From positions 1 through 64,000 of IMG/VR virus record IMGVR_UViG_3300029904_000004: DNA of 64,000 nt. One strand, written 5' to 3'. Every line of letters starts with the position of its first letter. Within the stretch, counting starts at the first letter, position 1. The notes under the pieces are model-generated. The model saw only the letters and a program-made list of their open reading frames with translations, did no database searches and was not told the origin of the DNA. Shown one piece after another: positions 42,001-54,843 of the stretch. The translations under genes and the position numbers were made by a program. This DNA comes from a virus.

Positions 42001-45000
42001 TATTAAGCTGTCTACGAATGAATTTATATTTCTACTTATATGTATGACCTGCAAATGTAAACTGTGCAACTTCTTCATCAGTCATGTCTGGGTTAAATCG
42101 TTGCGCCGCCTAAGATCCAGATTTTACTGCTGAATCAAACATCACCATATCTACAGGATTTTTAGGATCTGTCATTTTATTGTACAGATTTCTAGTAAAT
42201 CCGTAAGAAATTCCTTTAAACAATGGGAACAATGCGAACTTGTCGTAGAAGTGTACAGGGATTCCATTCTACATTCTGTATCCGAACGCAGAGTATTTTT
42301 GAGTACTTATCAAAGCGTCGAAGATAAGCTGATAATCTTCTACAGAATTTAAATATCCCTTGTCTCCACGAAGCCTATCAAAAGCAGCTTTGATTTTACT
42401 ATTGTAAGCTCCTCGCATTTTCAACAAGTTTTCAGCCATTGTGTCGCTAATATATGCAGTACCATCAGCAACGTTTATTTTAGACAAGTAGGAGTCCGCT
42501 TCAATTTCTATTTTAGCGTCTATTATATTGAGTAGACCGCGGCTTTTCAAATACTCCTGCATCATGTCTTCTGAAATTTCTCCACTGTCTACTTTTTCGC
42601 AGAGTTCACGTGATGTTAGTTCGACATCGTGTCCGGGGAGTGTGAAAGACCTTTCACCTAGGATTATATCATTTATAAATGCGTCCGCATACTCACATTT
42701 TCTGAAAGACTGTTTTAATGTATCATATACAGATGAGCCTATCTCCCAATCTTTTATCTCCGCACAAATGTATTCTGAATCTACGTTAGGCAAATCCTCT
42801 CTGTTATTTTCTCCGGTAGATCCGAGACCTCCGTAACGTTTCGTCTCATCGACACCGTACTGTACAAGTTTACCATCGGAATATTGTGTTTTAAAGAACT
42901 ACGGCATACCTGTAAACACTCTACGAGTTTCTTCCATAGACATTATAGATTTACACATAGTATCGTATACCATAGCAACTACCGCCATAGATTCGCACGC
43001 GCTATATCCGTATTTATCTGCGATACGAGAATATTTAGTTTTCAACGCATCGATTTTATCCTGATCCATCAATTTATTCTTATACTTAAAATACGGATGT
43101 GGATCTGAAGCGGGTCTTGAAACTTCTTCAATAATTCCGTTTTCGACGAGGAAATTTAATTCGTCGTTCAGTCTGTGTTGTAATATTTTAGCCACATAAT
43201 AACGTCTTTTTTCTTGAGATACATGATCTCCGAAGAACATATCGTACGCCTTATTAAAACTATTTATTACACCACCGTCTTTTGAATTGTCTTTAAAATT
43301 AAATGATACATAATTACCGTTCTCGTCATATATACCCATCAGACTAAAGAATCTGGCACCGTTTATATTTTCTGTATGATAATTTTTTACTTTGTCATTT
43401 TCTGATATAGGTGTCGCAGTATTAGTTTCCCCATACAATCCGAGGTCGTTGATAGTTTTCTTTACGTTTTCGAACTCACATTCAAAATATTCCAAAAACT
43501 GATCCAATATCGGATTTGCAGAGTATCCTTCAGAATTGTCAGAATTCTAAAATATTATATCTCCAGTACGCCTGTTAAATAAAGGCAGAATACCTATGTC
43601 CTAACTATTCCAGTTTAGTCCTGGCAGCTAAAATCCTCCCAGCACCATATAAGTAGATTTGTCAGAAAGAGTTGGAGATATTATCAGCCCTTGTTGGAGC
43701 ATTGTCATTTTACTGATATAATCTTCAGAAGTTGTAGACGAAATATATTTTGTTCCACCTTCTCTTTTATTTTGTAATTTAACACCGCTCGCTGTATATA
43801 CTACTACTTTATTATGTTTCGGGTTGAATTCTGGATCAGTCAATGATTTTACAATTATCGATCCTTTTCCATTGTGCATTACATATGATACTTCAGACAA
43901 ATCTTTTATTATGGAATCTTCTTTCATATTACCGTTTTTATCAAACGTATTATTTAAATTATCCACAATATCCGAATAAGTATGGTTTTGAGCAAACGTA
44001 TACTACTTGGTATTTTCTGCACCCAATGTCATCAATTCTACATTGCGTTGTCGATATGCACCATATTGGGACGCCAACAATCTAATAAACCCGTTTGTAG
44101 AATACATATATGCACCAGAAATAGTATCTCCAACTTTATTTCGTAATTTTGGGGTATCTTGTAAAAATAAATAGACATTGCCTTGTTCAACAGCAGATTG
44201 CATTTTATCGAGCAGCATTCCATCTCTGACAATAGTACCTAATCCTCCCGAAGTATTTCCGTCTCCGTATTGAATTAACTCGACAAATTGATTCCACAGA
44301 TTTGTAGAACTAAGATCCATATTTTGTAAAGTATAAATTAAATACGGTTTGTCTATACCTATACCTATTTCGTTCATTGTTTGTATAAATATAGAATATA
44401 TTTGATCAGCATCTTCGGGTTTAGTCACGTCATATTTTTTACCGTCTACAGTCAATATCTGCATATAACTTTGCGACAGTATTTCATTTAAAATCTTTTT
44501 AGCCTTTTTAAATCCTTCAAAACTACTATTTAATTGTGGCGTTTTTCCAGATTTAAATAATTGCGAATACGAAGATCTCAGATTATCGAACCATTGTATA
44601 GGATATTGTTGTACGGACTGATCTGCATTTGTAGACTTAAATTCATACGTATATGTTCCTTGTTTAACATTCCCGTCTTGATCCGTATAAGGACGTACAT
44701 ATACGAAATTAAAACTCAAATGTTGTGATTTTATAGCTTGGAATAATTGAGTTGTCAACGACTCCATATCTGCGTTTGTAACATATACAGCGCCCGGAAT
44801 CAAATCTCCTTTTTTGAAAATTATGTTCCCATCTTTATCTTTTATATCAATTGCAGCATACACCCTCTTCGGATACAACTCGTCATGAGTAGGATTTTTT
44901 AAATCGGAGATATAATATTTCGGGTTCAATCGTTTGTTTTTATACATCACTACCGGAATATTGTCATATTCTTTAGCATTTGTATACCTTACATATGACT

Positions 45001-48000
45001 GCCATCTACAGTTAAATAATATTTTTGCAATATTTTCAAACATGTAGTCGTTTTCTCCAAGCTTGTGTAATCTGTTGTATAAATCATCAACACTTTCAAC
45101 ATCGCTTAAGGCAGACAACAATCTCTAATGAACCGATTTAAAATCTAAGAATTGTACAGTTCCTAAAGAATTTCTACCTATAGGTACTAACGTTCGTTTT
45201 TTGTTTCCGTTTTTATCCACAACCTCTTTACCAGACTTGTCGACTACGTATATAGATTTCACCGCTCCGGAATTTACATCTTCTTGAGTAGCATACCTTA
45301 ATGCAGGTCTTGTAGACAATATAAATTTTACTTGTGATGTGACATCTTCAGAACGAGAATGCGTATAAAATTCATCGGAGTGTCCTGTAATATCGTTCGC
45401 AACTGCTCCAGATTCTCCTCCTTCAATATTACTTATAGTTTGTTCCTCTTTTTCTCTGGTTGTAATTATACCTATAGAACGAAGTTTGTCAAATAATAGC
45501 TATTGTGTAGCTTCATAATTGTCGAATAACTCTCTAAATATCAAAGCGTTTCTGTAAGTTAAATTACTTATCACACCTTGTTCGTATTTTTCCTTCAACG
45601 CCTTTTCTGTGTTTAAATTGTCGTACATCAACGTGAGCTTCAAATACGTCTTAGCAAATCGACTTTCAAACTTACCATCTTTTTGAGTCAGATTGGTCAA
45701 ATACTGTTTGCTTAAATTTAAATTTTTAGCATTGGACCCCAATTGATTCAAACCTTCACACCTAACGATTTCGTACAACAGCGTGTTTATAGCATCATCT
45801 AATTGCGTAGACGTGAAAATATGTTTGAATTCGACAGTCTTGTCTCCAGACTATACTTTCATAGTTAATCCGCCAGGGAATCTACGCTTGAAATTTTCGA
45901 TCTGAGAGGGTTTTATTACGTTGTTGGAGTATTTACCCCAATCCACTTGTACAAACAGCCTAGCGAGCTTTAAATCGCTTGTAGCAGCATATGCTTTAAC
46001 CCAGCTCCACATCTTAGCGAAGAAGGCTCCTATTTTATTATTTGGATGGAATGTATGTCTACTATAATTGAAGAACTTATCTGCCAAATCCTCAGCTATA
46101 TCTCGTTCAGATTTATCTCCGTATTTATTACGATAATATGAATATAAATCTTTGCGTTCAGATTCGTCCATTAACAACTCTACAGCAGCGTGGAATGCCT
46201 CGTGGAAATCTGTACCGTTTTCGGCATTTTCTGCAAGAGCTATACTTGTAGCTTTACACATTCCGACAACATCCCAATCTCGTAAAGTATCTTCAAATCT
46301 ATCGACAAACTCTACCGGAATTGAATCTCCCGTTATTCTACGAATAGTACGTTCTGCTTTTTTACGATTCATTGGTCGTACTTTCTTACCTTTACGCTGC
46401 TTATGAAACAATGATGGACCCAATATATCATTATTAAAATCGTCTTGATTTGTAGGAAGTATCTTCAAATCCTCGTCCGATATAATCAAGCCGGCTGGAA
46501 CAGAATCTTCGGGAGTACCTTCTGGAGTCAATGGCTTATCTTCTGGTTCTGGGTTAGGATCTGGTTTTGGTTTGTTGTCGACTTCTTCTACATCTGTAGC
46601 GTATATAAATGCGTCAGTAACGCCTTCGTATCGTGTACTAAACCATCCATGACTCATCATCCAGTGATATCCGAATTTACCAATATCTTCTCGATCGAAA
46701 ACCAACGATTCTGAGAATTTAAGTTGTTTCTCGTTAGGATGTTCTTCAAACCATTTTGCAATATATGTAAACGGATGTTCTAGATCGGAAGTATTCTTTC
46801 TATCAAGTTTAGATCTTAAAATTCTAACATTGTTAGAGTACAGATATAATTTGTCAACCAAATACTTCTTTAGATTTATAAGATCGGTGTCGTTGTTTAA
46901 AGAAAACATTCTTTCTTCACCTTGTATCTTAATGTATACACGAGTATTGTCAACATCTGTCGTTTGTGGTTTAGGATTATTTAACTATTCGTCTTTATAC
47001 GCATATCTAAAAACAAACGTAGAGCCTGGTATTTCCTCTGTAGCACGTCCAAATCTTACGAGCATTTCTAATATTTGTCCATAAGTCAACGGAGATTGAA
47101 CACCGTTTACCGTTGGACGTTTTCTGCTATCGTTCTACAGACATTCTATTATCATGTCTGCGTCACTTTCCGTAATTCGTTTACCGTCCAAATATATCGG
47201 CACCTTTTGACCAGGATTTTCTTTATAACCGAGACTATGTAAAATCATAACTCGTCCAGATTCAAGACGTTTACTTTTATCGTTTATACCACTTTTATTC
47301 ACGTATATAGTTCGGTTATTTCCCAAGCGTGAACTTTGAGTTATTCCTTTAAGGTTTCCATCCTAATCAACAACTCCAATCTGATCTCCAAATTTCCCGT
47401 TATATAAACCGTCAACTTTAGTTTTGTCTTGTTCAGATTCGCTGAGTCCGAACTGTTTCAATACAGAGTGAGGTTCTTTTCCAAATATAATTCTACCGTT
47501 ACTTCTACTTAAACCTACTAATTTAACTGTAACATTCGTTCCTTTTTCCTTAATGATTGATTCTAATTTAATAGCGATAGGATGATCTATGCTCGCACTA
47601 TTATACTATTTTCCGTCAGCATCTACTTTGGATAATTGCAATCTTATACCTTTTACGGAATTTCCAGATTTACCTCTGAGGTCTAAAACTTCCCCATTGT
47701 ATCTTATTTCGTCAAATGTCAGATAGTCTGGTCGTGTACGTCTAAAATGATGCAGGTTTACAACAAATACAGCTTTTTCTAAAAAATCGGGTTGAGTGGA
47801 CCACTCCATCAACTTCTACTTCGATTTTTGATCTGCGTCCTAGAAACCAATCTTGTTTGACGGTTTTGATTCCTCATCCAACGGTTTGTTTTTTAAGTTA
47901 TCCTTAGCCTGTTCGTTCTATGCAGATGCAGCATCTTGTAGTAATTGTGTAGACTAATCTAATATATTAGTAAGACTTCTAAAAAGATTCTGAGCATCTG

Positions 48001-51000
48001 ATTTGTCATATATATCGAGTATTTGTTTTTTGCGACGTATATTATCTAATGTAGTAATTATTTTCTTTGCACGTCGAGCAATATTCTGATTCTAATTATC
48101 TCGAAGTGCAGAAACCTATTGAAATATAGAATCTGCTCTAGAAAGCGAATCGGATAGTTGTTGTACTATTGCAGAAGTTTCTTCCCCGATACGAGATAGT
48201 TGTTCTTTGTTTTCTATACGTTCAGAATAAATGCCGTCGTTCTTCTATAATAAAATCTCTTGCGGAGAATCTATTTGTAAAATTTGGCCTAATCCTACAT
48301 TTTTTTGATGCAAAGAATCACGCATATCTAATTCTGTATAGAATCCGAGCAATCTTATATCTTCTACAGGTTTACCGACAGCATTAGAAATTAAACCTGA
48401 ATACATATTCAATTGGTTAGTATAACCTTCTCGTTGAGTAAAATTTGCTCTATGATACTTTTTATCTAACGCTTCTATTTTTCCGTTTTGTTCGCTATAT
48501 GAATCCGTAGAAGTTTTAAAGTCTACAATATGTATTCCACCATTCTTGTCTACAAGAATCATATCGGTTTCGCCAGCAATACCGTCTGCATACCAAAGAT
48601 ATCGATTTGATAATATAGTATATCCTTTATCTTCGTATTCTTTCTTTTTTGCCAATATGTTTTGCTTGTGAGATTCGAATACTTCTTCAGACATCATGAA
48701 TGACGGATCGTACTAAACATCTTCTCCTAAAAACAACCTACGATTAATGTCGTCAATTATTGTTCCAGAGATTGCTGAAGCTTTTGGCAACCTTATATAA
48801 AACTTACTATTTATATTTGTATTGGAATTTTCACCGACTTTCACTCCTTCCGTAATCATTTTCATGGAATCAAATATTCTTAGAACATGATTGTACGCTT
48901 CGGAATCTTTAAGTAAATCACAATATTTAAGATAGCCGTCTAGATTTATATAATGTTCGCCACGTTGAGTTTCGTCAGTAAATTGCTCGTCTATCTGTTG
49001 ATTGTATCGCTGTTGTAATTCACGTATTCGTCGATGCAATTCTGTAATATTTCCGCTATTCCTAGCTTCGTTCAAATACTCGTGTACATATACATTCGGC
49101 TCGTTCGGGAACATGTTCTGAAGTACACTATGTACTCTGGAATATCTGTGAATATTTCCGTCTTCGTCTTCGATAAAATAATCGTATCCAGTACGTAATT
49201 CGTAATGTAGTTTGGGGTTATTATCTGCGTTAAATTTATTTATTACTTGTATCACCCTACCCGCTTGTTCAGAATTATCTGATTCGTTTTCCGTGTGTTG
49301 TGTAGGATTTGGGTTTGAATAAAATCCAGCATAATTATACTTAACTTTACCTATTTGTTTGCGATTAGATCCTTTTCTTAAATAATATTTACCCCCTGAT
49401 TCTACAACATCGTAACCATCACGAAGATACGATTCCAATTCTAGTGCGTCTGATAACGATATTCTTCGGTTTTCATGTTTTCCTGCACGATTATTGAATT
49501 CTACAACCCTTCTCTCAGTCTATCTGTTGTTTTCTAACTCTTCTACAGTAAGTGTAGAAAGAGAAATTTCTCCTTTCTCCAAATCAACAATCGGTCGAGA
49601 TAACCGCATCTACTCGAGAGACGCATTATTAATTGTAGTGGTAAACTATTCCGCATGTTCGTTCTATTCAATATCGTAAACGTCGTCGTATATCGGTGCT
49701 TCTTTTTGCAATTGTTCGTTTTTAGCAAAACGATCTATTTCATCCTACGTGTTACGATATTGATCAAATTTATCTTCGGTGAACTCTTTTATCAATCGTT
49801 CGTATTCGCTTGCCTCTTCGGACGTAAGATCTTGATGATTATCTATTTTATTTTTCAATACAGAATATACAATATAATCCAGTCGTATCTTACGAAGATT
49901 ATTTAATTTTTCGGCATGCTGTTTCTTTTTTTCTTGGTAATCGTACCACTCTTCTTTATCAAACGGCAATGGCTAATTGTCCACAACACCGTCATTGTAT
50001 AAATGCTTTTCGGCAATTCCAGAAGGATTTATTACAACAACAGCAAGATTTCCATTACGATCTTCGTATACATTATTATCGTTAGTAATAACCGCATCCT
50101 GTACGTCATATTTTTTTATAGTGTCGTCAATGTATTTAGACTCCACTTCTTGGCGTAATCTCTCGTCATCTTTTTTAACCTCTTTGTAATGGTTTACATG
50201 CTTTTTAGCAGTTCGAGTATCGTTCTATAATTTTTCATAGATGTTTGTATCAATATCCAACTGCACTTCGTATAGAGACTACTGTCTCATACTTTCTACT
50301 AATTCATCGTTGATCGACAATCCGTTTTCGGCGAAAGCTTTATCTACGTCTTCTTTAGTTTCGATGTTTAATTTTGTAGCTTTATTAAACTGATCTATTT
50401 TTCTCTAAACTTGTTTTGATAACAATTTACTGCCTCGAACTTTTTCTTCAGGTTTGTTTTTTTCTACAACATCTAAGTAGTCTCGTACATCTATTAAACT
50501 TTTAAGATGATATAAATTTTTTAAAACGTTTTGTTTTTTAACTAAATCCTCTTCAGTTTCATTGGGATTTTGTTGTTTTAATTTTTCAAGCTCTCCCTGC
50601 TGTAATTTTAGAGTTTCTTCTAACGACTGTTTATATTCATTTATATCGCCTCGTACTCTATTTTTATGTAATGCTAATAAAGAAGCATAATAGTCCAAGT
50701 CTTCTTTTTTAAATCCTGCTTTCTTTGCAAATTCTTGAAAATGTTTATTGTTATATATAATATTTATATCGTCAAACAATTCAACCTCTTCGTCGATCAT
50801 TTTTGAATCAATTCCGACAGGATCACCTTCTTGTTCGAAGTTCTAATTTATACGGTCATTGATTCGTTTATACTGCAACAACTTATCTCTGGTAGCAGAT
50901 CCTCGTCCTTTTCTAATCTATTTGGCATATCTCGCTCCTTTTTCGATATTCGAATCGTTTTCCATCTTACTTGCCAAAAGATTATTTGCTACTGCATGAT

Positions 51001-53176
51001 TTAAACGAATTTCTTTCACCGTTCCTGTAGTAACTTGAGCTGAGCTAACAACTCCTCCTTGTGTCCACGCTCCGAGAATACCTCCGGACATATTATTGTG
51101 TATATCTCTTTCTCGTTCCGTAGCTGTTTCTGGGTCGTATAACAAGTAATCTGTCCAAAGTCTGGGGCCCGAAAATATAGTATTCAACCACTGATCCTAA
51201 GCATAGAAATAATTATCGTCACGTTCATCAATTCTTTGATACTGTTGTTCCTATTGCAATCCCTCTTCTATTGCCTCAGAATACGCACTTAATGCAGAAC
51301 GTTTTGCTAAGCTTTTTATTCCTTTCCTAACTGCTTTTAAATCAGCTTTTCCTTGTAAGATTTTTTTCGGAAGCATTGCTGCGTAATCTGCAACATTTGA
51401 TGCGTGCTTTAAAGATTTCTCTGCGAGTTTTTTAACCGTTGCAGTACCTATGTTGTCTATAGTTCTTCCTATTTTTTGTGTCAGCGGTATCATTTTTTGC
51501 ACACCTTTGCTATCTTTTATTACGGTGACAAAACCTTTCCCCATTGACTTTACATCGCCTTTAAACTATTGTAATTTTGTAGCCCTCGATATAGACCCCA
51601 TAGGAAGAACTTCTATTGCGGTGTCGAATGTAGCATCTATTGTGTTTACGCCTTGCCCCTACATAAACTGTTTTAACGAACCTACAGATGCATTTATTAT
51701 AGTATTACGTATTTTGTAGTTTTTAGGAACATATTCCCCCATCTAATATGCAAGATACAAATCTTCTGCAGTAGCATTTGGGTTTTTCAATTGTTCTCTA
51801 CCGTCTCTTAAAAATTCTTCAAACTGCCCGTTAGCAGTAAGTTCAGCAGTCATTATGTCTTTAGTGGCTTGAGCAACATTTGCAAAATTTTCATCTGCAC
51901 CGGAAGATAAATTTAATCCGTATGTTCCCGCGACTAATGTTTTACCCAATACGTCTTTGGCTATAGAGCCTCCTCCTGTGAGATATGCCGACAGTAGACC
52001 TAATGCCATAGACCCGATTTGTTTTTGAGGAGCAGACATAGACGATCCTATTAGCCCTGGTGTTTGGAATAACCACTTTTTAGGATTAAATACAGATAAG
52101 TCCTGAGCTATTTGTTCTTGGTTCTCAAAGTAATCAGATACTTCATAACCAGAATATCTTTCCAAGTCTCTACGATCATCTTCAATGTCCTACTTCCATT
52201 TATTGCGCATCTGTGTTGATCGGTTCTGATATTTTTTATAAATATCTGTTAGGTTTTTATAATACCGATCAGCAGTCGTGGCATCTCTATTGGCAAGGGC
52301 TTTTTGCATCTTTGTTAAATTCTCATTAAAGCCTCTTAATGAATTTCCAAGACCTGTTCCAAAATCCAAATCTACTTCTGCAAGACCACTTTGCATTTGA
52401 GAAAACGCTCCGGTGAATCCGTTCAACGATTCGTACTGTTTTATTTTGTCGAACATAGACTCGTAATGATTTTTTTTCGAATTCAACTCGTTTGAACGTT
52501 TTCTTAGATTGTCCATTTCCAAACTTTCGTCATCAGTCAATCCGGCCCCTGTAGTATATTTATCTATCAAATGATTCAATCTGTCGTTAACAGATATCAA
52601 CTCTTGCGCAGTATAGACATAATCGTACATCGCTTCAGGACTAATATATCTATCCATTTGATCCGCAATACTCATTTTACCCAAAGATGTGTCTATTTGA
52701 GTCTAATTCTTATTAGTCATCATCTTTGTGTACGCATCAGAAAAATAATCTTTTTTACGATTATCCCATTGTTCTACACCCAATATTTTTCTAAAAATGT
52801 TTGTTGCAGGAACTGTTAAATTAGAAGCTATCTAAAAACCTTTTACTATAGAATTCCACCAATAATTATCGTCTGATTCGGATTCTTTTTGTTGTTTTTT
52901 ATTATTGTTTGTGTTAGGTTGTTGGGCTGCCAATCTGTTTAAATGATCTTGATATTTTTTTCTAGTTTCCGGGCCAATAAACTTATTTATATCAAAATCC
53001 TCTTTTTCTGTATCTGAAGGAGACACTTGCTATATCTAATCCTACCTGTTCTGTTTAGATTGCTCTATCTCCTAACGTCTCTATTCTTTTATATAATCTT
53101 CGTATTGCTGATTATATAATTCCTGATTACTACTCGCAATATCTCCAAAATATTGCGCCTACTTTTTTATGTCCAT
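36092..53176 (-). CDS. giant multidomain virion protein (~5,694 aa, TAG sense) containing an RNA-polymerase-like DFDID motif
   Basis: 25 track fragments from 36092..37504 to 52832..53026 all have end coordinate mod 3 = 1 and all end in TAG. I walked every gap and found ~63 in-frame TAG and no TAA or TGA. ATG at 53174-53176 is preceded by an in-frame TAA at 53192. The stop is TGA at 36092. Confidence 0.8.
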
Positions 53177-53184
53177 ATTTAATT

Positions 53185-54843
53185 TTACTGATTAATTGCA
53201 AAATCTACATCCGTCTGCTTTGCTACACCGCCGTTCCCTAAAGCGCCGGATACTCTAGATTCATAAGCACTCATCCTAGATAAAGTTTCTTCAGAAGGAA
53301 ATAACGATACCGTGTCGGAATTATTTGGAGTTGGATCTCCATACTATATAGGCATATACGCCTGTTGTAAATATTTCGTATTTCTAGTTTTAGGATTTCC
53401 ATCACTGTCGTATTCCAACGTCGATGTATATAGATTTACTTGTTGATATTGTTTTGGTCTACCTTGTGCATCGTATTTATAGAATACTTTTCCAGTAGGT
53501 GCTGCAAGTAAATTTTTACCATTTTTAAGTTTATTATAAAACACGTTGTTGTATTTATAGTTAACTGCGCCAAGAGTGTTCTATACATACTGACTCGTAG
53601 TCTCCATTCCGCCAATATCTGCAGTAGACAATTTCATATATTTGGTATTGGTTTTTGAATCTACAAATATATCGTTATTTGCTTTACCGTATCTCAATAT
53701 TTGTATTTCAGGATCTTCAACAACACCTCCGTTGCTATATTGTAAAAATTTACGCTTATATTCGGAATAATTAGATTTTTTCAAATTAGCATTATTCTAT
53801 TTCCACGTGTTGAACGCTTCTTTACCGTGTTTTGAAGCATAGTCAGCAGCTTCGTCCGCACCTTTATTTAAATATTTACCAATAGCATTCGGAATTAAAG
53901 CCAGAGCTCCTCGTATAAATAGGGACTGGTGATAATTAAATTGTCCCTTTTGTTTCTTTTCTTGTGCTTTTTGACGTGCAGCTTGTGCTTGTCTTTGTCT
54001 TGCTAACGCATGTTGATGTTGTAGATTCTCCAACGCAAACTGATTTACTCTACGATCATTCATTAAATAATCAGTATTAGCACTTACAATGTCGTTCATC
54101 AATATATCCTAAGCTCTTTTTTCTATAGATGCTTGAGATTCTCCGGGAGTTGCAGTTCCTTGCGCAACTCTTTTAGCACGATCGTAAAAATATCTACCAT
54201 AATCGCTTGCAAGGAACGCTTTTATCTGAGTATTGGCTGTTTCTCGCATATCGCCTTCGTCATATCCGTAATAATCATATCCGCCTTTCTACCCTTTAAA
54301 TTTGAGAGTTCTGTGCTGGAACCACGGATCTGTAAGAGTTCTAAGACCTTTATATTCTGTCGGGGAAGTTCTATCCCACATTCCTTGTGACAACGTATCG
54401 TAATTACCAAATTGTCTGTCTCCTAACAAGAACTGTTCAAATTCTGGATTATATTTACCTTCGGCCTGTAATTTAGCCCTGTTAGCTAAATATTGTTGTC
54501 CTGTAGCAGCGGACTGCCTTAACTATGATAGCTTCTCTCTCGGAATCTGTCTCATAACACTAGCCATTGCAGCACGACCTTCTTGAGACCTTAGAGGATC
54601 TATTCCGTTCTTTTCGAGAAAATTGTATGTCTGTATAACCGGATCCATTGTAAGCCTATCCCAGTTCTCAACATCTTTTTGGAAGGGACTTATAAAATCT
54701 CCGTACTTAGATATAAAATCTTCTTGTTGTTTAATTCCTCGCTCGTATTCATCTTTTGCAGCATTTATGTACAATCCCATCATTCCAGAATCATACAAAT
54801 CTACAACAGGATATAGAGCGGCTTCATCACGACCATATATCAT
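53185..54843 (-). CDS. late structural protein (~552 aa, 6 in-frame TAG)
   Basis: Fragments 53344..53544, 53581..53784, 53797..54102 and 54523..54843 share a frame and break only at TAG. TAA stop at 53185. ATG at 54843 with an in-frame TGA just upstream. Confidence 0.7.
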
